Source: Candidatus Enterousia sp. (GTDB taxonomy: Bacteria; Pseudomonadota; Alphaproteobacteria; Rs-D84). From it: a stretch of DNA of 64,000 nucleotides. The translations under genes and the position numbers were made by a program. Below are positions 17,661-26,941 of this stretch, piece by piece. The notes beneath the pieces were generated by a model, which saw only the letters and a program-made list of their open reading frames with translations, made no database searches and was not told the origin of the DNA. Within the stretch, counting starts at the first letter, position 1. Each line of letters begins with the position of its first letter. The stretch is taken from contig JAZRSO010000002.1 in assembly GCA_045651525.1 (NCBI GenBank), positions 4,837 to 68,836 on the forward strand, written 5' to 3'.

Positions 17661-17876
17661 GAACTTGAAACACAGGTTCGGGGTTCCCAAGACCCATAAA
17701 GCGTGAGATGTGACAAGCGACACATCAAAAAAAAGTAATGAACACAATGAAAATTGTGCGCCTGACCAAAACGGTCGGGCTACTGTGATTATACAACAGG
17801 CGTCACGCCAAAAATCACAGAGTCATTCGCTTTATGACCTTGGAAATGCCCGACCGTCATTTATTGACGGTTTTTT
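17661..17876 (+). ncRNA. Putative structured ncRNA or cis-regulatory leader of unknown family
   Basis: TTGAAA(17625)-17nt-TACCAT promoter; 5' hairpin; long closing stem 17679-17706/17823-17852 enclosing four hairpins; terminator 17853-17876. Confidence 0.65.
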
Positions 17877-17903
17877 GTTGGCATAATAAACAAGGGAAAA
17901 ATA

Positions 17904-18044
17904 ATGACGAATAACAAATATCACACTACATTGAAAATTTCTGTATTAAACGTACCAATTTTTTCAATCAAACAAAAAATACCACACAAAGAATACAAAA
18001 TATATCTGTTTGGAATAATACCAACATTTAAATTCACAACATAA
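17904..18044 (+). CDS. Small protein (46 aa, not in ORF track)
   Basis: AAGGGA RBS; MTNNKYHTTLKISVLNVPIFSIKQKIPHKEYKIYLFGIIPTFKFTT; followed by a terminator. Confidence 0.65.
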   Translation: MTNNKYHTTLKISVLNVPIFSIKQKIPHKEYKIYLFGIIPTFKFTT

Positions 18045-18069
18045 AAAAACGCCCGATTGGGCGTTGTTT

Positions 18070-19440
18070 TTAATCCAATGTTCGCAGACTTATTTTTTCT
18101 TCGTCTACGATAACCAATTTACCAGAATTTATATTGAAACGACGGGCGGCATTAAAACCTTCGCGCATACCAAACAACTGATTATCATAAATTGGAAATA
18201 CACCACGTAACAGGCATAACTGATTTGCAATTACAGATTCATTACATACTGCAATCACAGGAATATCAGGTTTGCGACATGAAATTTCTGTTGTTGCAAC
18301 TGTATCACGTGCAAACACAACAATTGCAGACGCCTTGTTCAAGTATGCCATTGACGCAACAGAACGCGACCAATCATTTTCTGGGATATTTTCAACACGT
18401 GACCAATCGTATGGATTTGCAATCGCATCTGCGTCTGCATGCTTTAAAATATTCGCCATTGTTTCAATAGTATTCACAGGATTTACACCGATTGTTGTTT
18501 CTTCGGATGTCATTGTTGAATCAGCACGCAAATATGCAGCATTTGCAACATCTGTAATTTCTGCACGGGTTGGGAATTCACTGTTTACCATTGAACCCAG
18601 CATTTGTGTCGCAACGATAACCGGCTTGTTCATCTTTCTGCACTCACGAATTATATGACGAGAAATTGCAGGAACTTCGGCATATGGAACTTCGACCGCC
18701 AGGTCGCCACGCGCAATCATAATACCATCAGCCGCCGATGCAATTTCTGTAATTCTGGCAACTGCATTTGGACGTTCAATTTTTGCAATAATTTTAATTG
18801 GGTGTGATGTATGCTGAGATATAAAATCACGCACTTCGGCAACATCTTCGGGACGCTGGACAAAAGAAATCGCAACATAGTCTGGATTTTTTGTAACAGC
18901 ATACGCCAAATCTGCCCTGTCTTTTTCAGTTAAAACAGATGTTGAAATTTCTGTATCTGGCAGATTAAAACCACGTCTGGACCAGATTTCATTTCCACGA
19001 ACAACAGTTGCATCAACACGATTTGGCGCAACACTGTCCACAGTCATTTCAATTTTGCCATCATTTAATAAAATTCTGTCGCCAACATTTAATGACGCCA
19101 ACACATCAGAATCTGGCAACTGAACACGCGTTGCGTTACCAGGCGTAGCATCTGTATCAAATGTAAACTTTTGCCCAATAGTCAGTGGGTATTTATCTTC
19201 TGTTTCAAAGTTACCAATACGATGTTTTGGTCCCTGCAAGTCAATCATAATCGCAACAGGCGTGTTTAATTCTGCAGAAATTTCACGTATCAAATCAATT
19301 TTATTTCCCTGAACATCGCCTGTATCATGACTAAAATTCAAGCGACACATATTAACCCCCGCCTGAATCATACGTGTTAATGTTTCCCTGTCTTCGCATT
19401 TTGGACCAATTGATGCAGTAATTTTTGTATATTTATTCAT
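18070..19440 (-). CDS. pyk: Pyruvate kinase
   Basis: TKITASIGP, RLNFSH, DLQGPK, IIAKIE, GIMIARGDL, ATQML, PTRAEITDVANA; likely start MNKYT. Confidence 0.97.
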   Translation of the reverse strand: MNKYTKITASIGPKCEDRETLTRMIQAGVNMCRLNFSHDTGDVQGNKIDLIREISAELNTPVAIMIDLQGPKHRIGNFETEDKYPLTIGQKFTFDTDATPGNATRVQLPDSDVLASLNVGDRILLNDGKIEMTVDSVAPNRVDATVVRGNEIWSRRGFNLPDTEISTSVLTEKDRADLAYAVTKNPDYVAISFVQRPEDVAEVRDFISQHTSHPIKIIAKIERPNAVARITEIASAADGIMIARGDLAVEVPYAEVPAISRHIIRECRKMNKPVIVATQMLGSMVNSEFPTRAEITDVANAAYLRADSTMTSEETTIGVNPVNTIETMANILKHADADAIANPYDWSRVENIPENDWSRSVASMAYLNKASAIVVFARDTVATTEISCRKPDIPVIAVCNESVIANQLCLLRGVFPIYDNQLFGMREGFNAARRFNINSGKLVIVDEEKISLRTLD

Positions 19441-19529
19441 ATTCTTTTTCCTGTGTAATTTTGTTTTTCTTGATTTTTGTCTTTTATTGTATATCATAAA
19501 GTCATCAAATAAACAAGGGGAAAACAGAA

Positions 19530-19778
19530 ATGAAACAAGCAAATCACGGTGCAATTGATAACCAACAATTGGTCAGCATTATTGAAAGAATTGAAAAATT
19601 AAACGAAGACACAGCCGCAATCGCCGCTGATATCAAAGAAATTTATAGCGAGGCAAAATCCGCAGGATTTGACCCCAAATATATCCGTCAGATGATACGC
19701 CTGCGCAAACTGGATCCAGATGAACTGGACGAAGCAGACGAACTGACACAAATGTATCGCAGCGCATTGGGTCTGTAA
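19530..19778 (+). CDS. gapR: DUF2312 / GapR-family nucleoid-associated protein
   Basis: QLVSIIERIEKL..DIKEIYSEAKSAGFD..IRLRK..YRSALGL. Confidence 0.88.
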   Translation: MKQANHGAIDNQQLVSIIERIEKLNEDTAAIAADIKEIYSEAKSAGFDPKYIRQMIRLRKLDPDELDEADELTQMYRSALGL

Positions 19779-19816
19779 TAAAACAGATTTTAAAAAAGCC
19801 CCGTTTGGGGCTTTTT

Positions 19817-21388
19817 TTATTTCCTGTTCTTGGCCGCTGCAACAAAGGCATTAAACATAGGATGTCCAGAATATGGACTGGACTGAAATTCTGGATGGAA
19901 TTGTCCTGCAATAAAGAAAGGATGATTTTTTAATTCAACTATTTCTGGCAGACGACCATCAGGACTGCGCCCCGATATTATCATACCTGCAGATGCAAAC
20001 TTTTCTTCCAGCGATATATCCATTTCATATCTGTGACGATGACGTTCGCTGATTTGTGTTGCGCCATATATTTTGTGTGCCAATGTATCTGGTGTTATAT
20101 CACATGGATATGCCCCCAAACGCAATGTTCCACCATAATTTTCAGAATCACAATCTGCGATTATCCCAATCACAGGCGTACAGTCTTTTTTAAATTCAGA
20201 TGAATTTGCATCAGTAATACCCAAAACATTTCTGGCAAAGTCAATTACAGCGACCTGCATTCCCAAACATATTCCCATATATGGAACCATATTTTCACGG
20301 GCGTATGTCGCAGCAGCAATCTTGCCGTCAACACCACGTTCGCCAAAACCACCCGGCACCAAAATACCGTCCAAGTCCGCACATTTATCAGCGCTGAAAT
20401 CTTCGGCATTTATCTTTTTAATTTTTACATGCACATTATTTTGAACGCCTGCGTGGAACAGCGCTTCGTTTAATGACTTATACGCATCTGGAACATCAAA
20501 ATATTTACCAACAACACCAATATTGACAGTTGGAATATCGGCAGACAAATATTTTTCAATTCTTTCAAATCTTGTCATATCGCCGCGCGCATGTGGCAGA
20601 CCAAAATGGTCGGCGATTATGTCAAAGACATGTTGCGCTTCGTACGCCAATGGGATTTTATAGATATTATCAACATCAATTCCACTGATTACACTTTTTG
20701 CCGGCAAGTTACAGAACATACCAATTTTATCACGTTCGCTTGCTGTCAACATACGTGGTGTACGCACAATCAGCATATCTGCCTGAATACCATTTTCCAG
20801 CAAATTACGCACAGACATTTGTGTTGGCTTGGTCTTTAATTCGCCAGACTTTTCCAAATACGGCGCCAATGTTAAATGAATAAACATAACATTTCTGCGA
20901 CCGACATCATTTGCAAATTGACGAATAGATTCCAGGAATATTTTTCCTTCGATGTCGCCAACTGTACCGCCAATTTCACACACAACAAAGTCTGTATCAA
21001 CAGGCGCAGATATGTATTCTTTGATTTTATTAGAAACATGCGGAATCATCTGAACAGTGCCACCCAGATATTCCCCGCGACGTTCTGCATTTAATACATC
21101 CCAATAGATACGACCACCAGATACCGAATCGTTGCGCGATAATTTTGCACCCAAGAATCGTTCATAATATCCCAAATCAAGGTCTGTTTCATGACCATCA
21201 TTTGTAACGTACACTTCGCCATGCTGAATCGGCGACATTGTACCAGGGTCAACATTTAAATACGGGTCAAATTTACGCGCATGAACGCTGTACCCCCTGG
21301 ATTGAAGAAGGGCGCCACACCCTGCTGCTGCGACGCCCTTGCCTAAACTGGAAACTACACCACCTGTGATAAATATATACTTTGCCAT
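19817..21388 (-). CDS. pyrG: CTP synthase
   Basis: KYIFITGGVVSSLGKG, DPYLNVDPGTMSP, GICLGMQ, ERHRHRYE, QFHPEF. Confidence 0.99.
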   Translation of the reverse strand: MAKYIFITGGVVSSLGKGVAAAGCGALLQSRGYSVHARKFDPYLNVDPGTMSPIQHGEVYVTNDGHETDLDLGYYERFLGAKLSRNDSVSGGRIYWDVLNAERRGEYLGGTVQMIPHVSNKIKEYISAPVDTDFVVCEIGGTVGDIEGKIFLESIRQFANDVGRRNVMFIHLTLAPYLEKSGELKTKPTQMSVRNLLENGIQADMLIVRTPRMLTASERDKIGMFCNLPAKSVISGIDVDNIYKIPLAYEAQHVFDIIADHFGLPHARGDMTRFERIEKYLSADIPTVNIGVVGKYFDVPDAYKSLNEALFHAGVQNNVHVKIKKINAEDFSADKCADLDGILVPGGFGERGVDGKIAAATYARENMVPYMGICLGMQVAVIDFARNVLGITDANSSEFKKDCTPVIGIIADCDSENYGGTLRLGAYPCDITPDTLAHKIYGATQISERHRHRYEMDISLEEKFASAGMIISGRSPDGRLPEIVELKNHPFFIAGQFHPEFQSSPYSGHPMFNAFVAAAKNRK

Positions 21389-21466
21389 AAGAATACCCCC
21401 TTATGGGAATGTATCATAAGAAAATTTTCGTTGCAGTGCAATTAAATAAATTCCTATACTGACAAT

Positions 21467-23386
21467 ATGAAGGATTGGATTGAAAATCAGTGGCAAAATA
21501 TGTTCTTGTACGCACCGTTTCTTATGGCATTTGGTGCGGCGGTGTACTTTGCAATGACGAACGAGCCGAATTTGTTTTTAGCGCCTCCTATAACCTTGAT
21601 TTTATTTATGGGTTTATTTATTAAAAAGATTCCACAACTCATTCGTGGTGCATTGTTGATATTGTTCGGCTTTTATTATGCAGCAGCATTTACAAATATC
21701 ATAAATACACCACAGATAAAACACAACTTGCATGACATAGAAATTTTAGGCACCGTTGAAAACATTGATTATACATACGATAAAAACAAACTGACATTAT
21801 CTGTAAACGCAAATGACATAGGTGCAGGCGACGGATACGCAAAAGTCAAAGTATCTTTATCACCAGACACACCAACACCAAACATTGGCGATACGGTACA
21901 AATTAATGGCGGAATATATAAACCAAAACCTGCCGTGGCACCCGACACATTTGATTATGCACGATGGTCTTACTTTAACAATTTGACCGCAACAGGATAC
22001 GCAGATGAAATAAAAATAATAAAACAAAATCACGCAAATAATATCAATAATATGCGTCAATACCTGCACACAAAATCAAATTCATTTTTATCAGACACAT
22101 TAATACTGGGGTATAAATCTGCAATATCACAAGACGTAAAAGACACCTGGGCCGCCACAGGCGTTGGACACATTTGGTCAATTAGTGGATTTCATATGAC
22201 ACTGGTCGGCGGTTGGATATTCGCGCTGTTTTATTTGATATTTCGCAGCATTCCATACATAACCCGACGAATCCCTGCCAAGATTCCCGCAATAATATGT
22301 TCATGGTTTGGATTGCTGTTTTATTTATTTTTATCCGACATTGATGTTGCGACCATACGCGCGTTCTTGATGACCAGTTTAATATTCTTGGCATTTATAT
22401 TTGGGCGCAACGCAATTTCAATGCGTAATATTGCACTGGCGTTTTGCGCGATATTTTTAATCAATCCGCACTATGTCATGCAGGCAGGTTTTCAATTATC
22501 TTTTGCCGCGGTATTTGGACTTGTCTGGCTATACACAGATATAAAACCAAAAATGCCACGCAACAAATTATTAAAAGTTTTATACATATCTGTTTTAACA
22601 TCACTGGTCGCAACAATATTTACAGCACCATTTGTTGCAATGCACTTTGGCAAATTTCCATTATACAGTCTGATTGGCAATTTGATTTTCTTGCCTATAT
22701 TTTCTGTTGCACTTATGCCACTGATACTGATTGGAACACTGACTGCAACATTTGGTTTTACCGCGCCCAATGATTTAGCACATACAATCTATGACTACGC
22801 ATATCAAATTGCCATATGGATTTCAGATTTACCATACGCCACAATATCTGTGCCTCATATTTCAAACACATCTGCAATATTATTTATAATCGGATTTATG
22901 TGTTTGATTTTAATCAAACCAATTAAAATCAAAGTAAACTATATTTTATTTTTTGTATTTATGACACTTGGGATACTTTGCGTTTATATGACGCCAAAGC
23001 CAATATTCTATACAACATATGACAATGAACTGATTGGAATTTTGGATACTGATGGAAAATTAAAGTTTAATAAGTCACGTGCATCAAATCACTATTTTAC
23101 ATTTGACACTTGGAAGCAAATGAATAACGAAGAAACACAAACTAAAAATATCAGATTAAAGCACGACAACGGCGTTTATCGTCACGATAATATTGTATAT
23201 ATACAAAAGTTTGTACCACTGATGAAAAATATTTCACAACTGTGTAATGACGACAGTGTTGAATATATCGTATCTTACTTTGATATAAATTCAAAAAAGT
23301 GCGACAATAAAATCCTGCGTGGCGGATTTGTTATCTATCCAAATAATTCCGTAAAACTTACCCCATCAAAACGCAAGTGGCACTAA
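21467..23386 (+). CDS. comEC: ComEC/Rec2 competence membrane protein (no recognisable C-terminal MBL domain)
   Basis: TGVGHIWSISGFHM, ATIRAFLM, GFQLSFAAV; OB-like segment with 'TFDYARW'. Confidence 0.92.
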   Translation: MKDWIENQWQNMFLYAPFLMAFGAAVYFAMTNEPNLFLAPPITLILFMGLFIKKIPQLIRGALLILFGFYYAAAFTNIINTPQIKHNLHDIEILGTVENIDYTYDKNKLTLSVNANDIGAGDGYAKVKVSLSPDTPTPNIGDTVQINGGIYKPKPAVAPDTFDYARWSYFNNLTATGYADEIKIIKQNHANNINNMRQYLHTKSNSFLSDTLILGYKSAISQDVKDTWAATGVGHIWSISGFHMTLVGGWIFALFYLIFRSIPYITRRIPAKIPAIICSWFGLLFYLFLSDIDVATIRAFLMTSLIFLAFIFGRNAISMRNIALAFCAIFLINPHYVMQAGFQLSFAAVFGLVWLYTDIKPKMPRNKLLKVLYISVLTSLVATIFTAPFVAMHFGKFPLYSLIGNLIFLPIFSVALMPLILIGTLTATFGFTAPNDLAHTIYDYAYQIAIWISDLPYATISVPHISNTSAILFIIGFMCLILIKPIKIKVNYILFFVFMTLGILCVYMTPKPIFYTTYDNELIGILDTDGKLKFNKSRASNHYFTFDTWKQMNNEETQTKNIRLKHDNGVYRHDNIVYIQKFVPLMKNISQLCNDDSVEYIVSYFDINSKKCDNKILRGGFVIYPNNSVKLTPSKRKWH

Positions 23387-24114
23387 TAATCAGCACGAAT
23401 AAAATACAAACCATCTGCCGGCGCAGTTGGACCCGCAGCACTGCGATTTTTTGCACTTAAAATTTCATCGATATCGTATGGCTTGCCCAGTCCAATTTCA
23501 ATAAGTGTACCAACAATATTACGTACCATATGATGCAGGAAAGAACGCGCAGAAAATTCAAAAATAATTTCATCGCCGTTTTGTGTAATTTCTATTTTAT
23601 CAAGTGTTTTTACAGGTGACTTGGCCTGGCATTCAGATGCGCGAAAACTGGTAAAATCATGATTGCCAAGCAATTTTTGCGCCGCCACACGCATCGCATC
23701 AATATTCAATTTTCGTGGCACCCAATAAACACGATTTTTATTCAGCACAGGTGACGCACTGCGATTAAGAACAATATATTTATAGTGACGTGCAACACAA
23801 TCGAACCGCGCATTAAATTCATCAGATACAATTTCGCAATTCAGAACAGATACAGGTTTATTATTCAAATAAAAATTTAATGCGCGCATTACTGTATTTG
23901 CATCAAATTCGCCATCAATATCAAAATGTGCAGTCATCGCAACCGCATGCACACCTGCGTCTGTACGACCAGCGCCGACAACATCTGGACGCGCGCCACA
24001 AAATCCATATATCGCATCTTTCATAATAGACTGCACAGATGGTCCTTGGCGATTTTCCTGCCAGCCAATCAAATCTGTACCATCATATTCCAAGATCACT
24101 TTATATCGTGTCAT
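23383..24114 (-). CDS. truA: tRNA pseudouridine(38-40) synthase
   Basis: EYDGT, GAGRTDAGVHA, HDFTSFR, SFLHHMVRNIVG, TAPADGLY. Confidence 0.98.
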   Translation of the reverse strand: MTRYKVILEYDGTDLIGWQENRQGPSVQSIMKDAIYGFCGARPDVVGAGRTDAGVHAVAMTAHFDIDGEFDANTVMRALNFYLNNKPVSVLNCEIVSDEFNARFDCVARHYKYIVLNRSASPVLNKNRVYWVPRKLNIDAMRVAAQKLLGNHDFTSFRASECQAKSPVKTLDKIEITQNGDEIIFEFSARSFLHHMVRNIVGTLIEIGLGKPYDIDEILSAKNRSAAGPTAPADGLYFIRADY

Positions 24115-24120
24115 GTGTTA

Positions 24121-24294
24121 TTATCGTGTTTTTGGATTAAAATTAATACATGTATTTTCTGGATTAATACTTCTTGGACCAACAAGAAACAATTCTATAA
24201 GTGGTCTGCGATAACATTTATAATCATCATAACCTGTACAATTTTTGCATTTTCGTTCTTTTTTACAAGTTTTAACATTACTTTTTAATTTCAT
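24121..24294 (-). CDS. Small Cys4 protein, HiPIP-like paralog 3 (57 aa)
   Basis: MKLKSNV...KCKNC-x7-C...INPENTCINFNPKTR; AAGGG RBS. Confidence 0.65.
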   Translation of the reverse strand: MKLKSNVKTCKKERKCKNCTGYDDYKCYRRPLIELFLVGPRSINPENTCINFNPKTR

Positions 24295-24307
24295 TTTATA
24301 TGTACCC

Positions 24308-24460
24308 TTATCTTGACCCTCTGCCAAAGCGATTACACCAACCATTTTTTGGTACATTATACATTGGCCCAAAAAGTTTTATAAACCACTTTGGTCCATA
24401 ATAACAAGCGCCCGATTTGTACGATGGACAATATTTACAACTTTCTGTGATATTAGGCAT
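24308..24460 (-). CDS. Small Cys4 protein, HiPIP-like paralog 2 (50 aa, not in ORF track)
   Basis: GAGGA RBS; MPNITESCKYCPSYKSGACYYGPKWFIKLFGPMYNVPKNGWCNRFGRGSR. Confidence 0.7.
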   Translation of the reverse strand: MPNITESCKYCPSYKSGACYYGPKWFIKLFGPMYNVPKNGWCNRFGRGSR

Positions 24461-24481
24461 AACATATTCCTCAATCTGCAT

Positions 24482-24682
24482 TTAACGTGTTTTTTGCGCA
24501 CCAATCGCACCAAAGCGCTTGCACCAACCATTGGGCTTTACAGGACGTCTGCCAAAAATGATACGAACCAAGCGGCATGGCCAACCACATTCTAAACCAC
24601 TTGCGCTATTAATACTATAAGTATGTTGACAATTTATACAATTTTCAGATTTTGCTACAACCTCAATAACATTAACTGACAT
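24482..24682 (-). CDS. Small Cys-rich protein, HiPIP-like paralog 1 (66 aa)
   Basis: NCINC...ECGWPC...VKPNGWCKRF; starts 4 nt after the fmt stop. Confidence 0.7.
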   Translation of the reverse strand: MSVNVIEVVAKSENCINCQHTYSINSASGLECGWPCRLVRIIFGRRPVKPNGWCKRFGAIGAQKTR

Positions 24683-24686
24683 TTTA

Positions 24687-25493
24687 CTATACTCCTATTT
24701 TTACTGTTTCGCCACGCAGGCCATTTACAAAACTGCGCCAATCCATTGGCTTTTTGCCGGCGGGCTGTAATTGTAATATATCCAGTTTATCGCCATCAAG
24801 TTTTGTTGATAAAATTTTTACATCAACCCCATTTATTTTTGTACGACCCGAACCCAATGCACGAACCTGATTATGAACCGCCACATTTCCACGTGACCAG
24901 TCAATAATTTCGTCCGCACCTGTCCATTTCTTGGTAAATGTAGGCGCACCATGTTGAGGCGTTGCAACATACACATCTGGATTGTCCAAGAATTTAATCA
25001 ACATATCAGACGCAATTGTTGATACGCGCTGTTCAACCGTATCGTTGGTATCATTTATATCAATTTCAAATTCACGACATTCGTATATATCGCCTGCATC
25101 CATTTCTGGCGTTACCTGCATCAGGCAAACACCAGACGTTTTATCGCCATTATAAATCGCGCTGCGTATCGGAGATGGCCCACGATACAACGGCAACAAA
25201 CTTGGGTGAATATTTACAACAGGTGCAGAATTCAATACATTATCCCGCAAGATTACACCGTATGAAATTACAACAACCATATCTGGCGCGTAATTATATT
25301 CATTGATATTTGTATGCAACGTCAGATTATTTTCAACCGCCCAATTATGCACAGGCGATGGCGTTAAAATCTGTTTGCGACCAACAGGTTTTGGCGCACG
25401 CGTAAACACCGCCATAATTTCATGACCAGAATTTCTGATTGCTTCAAAGATTGGAACAACAAATTCATTTGTTCCCATTAAAACTAACTTCAT
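24687..25493 (-). CDS. fmt: Methionyl-tRNA formyltransferase
   Basis: LMGTNEF, NIHPSLLPLYRGPSPI, MDAGD. Confidence 0.97.
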   Translation of the reverse strand: MKLVLMGTNEFVVPIFEAIRNSGHEIMAVFTRAPKPVGRKQILTPSPVHNWAVENNLTLHTNINEYNYAPDMVVVISYGVILRDNVLNSAPVVNIHPSLLPLYRGPSPIRSAIYNGDKTSGVCLMQVTPEMDAGDIYECREFEIDINDTNDTVEQRVSTIASDMLIKFLDNPDVYVATPQHGAPTFTKKWTGADEIIDWSRGNVAVHNQVRALGSGRTKINGVDVKILSTKLDGDKLDILQLQPAGKKPMDWRSFVNGLRGETVKIGV

Positions 25494-25494
25494 G

Positions 25495-25995
25495 TTACTT
25501 GCGCTTTTTAACTTTTCTCATAACCATTTCACGACGCACAGATGGCAAATGATCAACGAATAACTTACCGTCCAAGTGGTCTGTTTCATGCTGAACAATA
25601 CGGGCAGGAACACCGGACATTTCTGCCATTTTCGCATTACCGTTTTCATCTGTCCATTCAACAACAACAGATTTTGGACGCGTCACATTCGCATACACCG
25701 GCAGACCATCGTTCCCCAACACAGACAAGCACCCTTCTTCCATTGTGCAGGTATCATCACTGTACGACACAATGTTTGGATTTATCATGCGATATATTGT
25801 TTCTGTATCTGGGTCCATCATAACCAAAAAGCGCGACAAAATTCCAACCTGGGGGGCTGCAAGCCCAACACCATTTTGTTCACGCATCATTTTTACCATT
25901 TCATCCATGGTACCCAATAATTCTGGTGCAATATCAGATACAGGCGTACATACAGTACGCAAAACCAAATCACCACAAAGTTTCATTTGCAACAT
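25495..25995 (-). CDS. def: Peptide deformylase
   Basis: GVGLAAPQVG, EEGCLS, QHETDHLDG. Confidence 0.98.
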   Translation of the reverse strand: MLQMKLCGDLVLRTVCTPVSDIAPELLGTMDEMVKMMREQNGVGLAAPQVGILSRFLVMMDPDTETIYRMINPNIVSYSDDTCTMEEGCLSVLGNDGLPVYANVTRPKSVVVEWTDENGNAKMAEMSGVPARIVQHETDHLDGKLFVDHLPSVRREMVMRKVKKRK

Positions 25996-26036
25996 TTATA
26001 AAACCTCTTATAATTATCATAGCAAAGGATTATCAA

Positions 26037-26915
26037 ATGACAACTTATATTTTCGTATTATTGGGAATAATTATCATTTTACTGATTGCAATACTGATGC
26101 GCAAACCAACGGTTGATATATCGGCACTGCGCGAAGACAATGCACGTCTGCGCGAAAGATTGGCAGAAAGACTGGGGGCATTATCACAGAACGCAATTGA
26201 ACTAAAAAATATCAGTGGCGACATTGCAAACTTTAAAAACATACTGATGGGCAACAAACAGGCACGCGGAACATTTGGCGAACGCCAACTGGAAGATTTG
26301 GTCCGCGACATAATGCCACCAGAAACATACGCATTTCAAAGTGTACTGGAAACAGGTGTCAGACCAGACTGTATAATTCGTCTGCCATATCCGCCCGGCG
26401 ACATGATTATTGACAGCAAATTCCCACTGGAAAGCTATAACCGTATGATAAATGACCCAAACGATGGATTCGCACGCAAGCAATTCGAACTGGACGTACG
26501 CAAGCATATTGATGCAATTAGCGAAAAATATATTATCGCAGGTCAAACTGCAGAATCTGCAATGATGTTTATTGCGTCTGAATCAATATTTGAAACACTG
26601 CATCGTGAATTTCCGAATACAATTGAATATGCCGCACGCAAGAAAGTATTTATCGTATCGCCATCAACACTGTGGGCGACACTGAATACAATTCGTGCAG
26701 TATTATCAGACATAAAAATCAAACGCGTTGCCGCAAAAATCAAAAAAGAACTGGATTTATTACTGACTGATTTGGGGCGTTTATCCGACAGGGCAGGAAA
26801 CGTTGCACGTCATTTTGGTCAGATTGAAAATGACATTGAACAGTTACAAACATCTGTATCTAAAATTACACCACGTGCAGAAAAGTTACGCGACATGGAT
26901 TTTGGTGAAGATTAA
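26037..26915 (+). CDS. rmuC: DNA recombination protein RmuC family
   Basis: RGTFGERQLE, RPDCII, IDSKFPLE, HIDAISEKYI, VSPSTL; ATG at 26037 after AAGGA. Confidence 0.92.
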   Translation: MTTYIFVLLGIIIILLIAILMRKPTVDISALREDNARLRERLAERLGALSQNAIELKNISGDIANFKNILMGNKQARGTFGERQLEDLVRDIMPPETYAFQSVLETGVRPDCIIRLPYPPGDMIIDSKFPLESYNRMINDPNDGFARKQFELDVRKHIDAISEKYIIAGQTAESAMMFIASESIFETLHREFPNTIEYAARKKVFIVSPSTLWATLNTIRAVLSDIKIKRVAAKIKKELDLLLTDLGRLSDRAGNVARHFGQIENDIEQLQTSVSKITPRAEKLRDMDFGED

Positions 26916-26941
26916 AAAATCCCCAAATCGGGGATTTTTTT

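Noticed and set aside
17738-17788. Leader peptide MNTMKIVRLTKTVGLL inside the structured RNA
   Set aside because: No RBS, no run of regulatory codons, and the downstream gene is not biosynthetic
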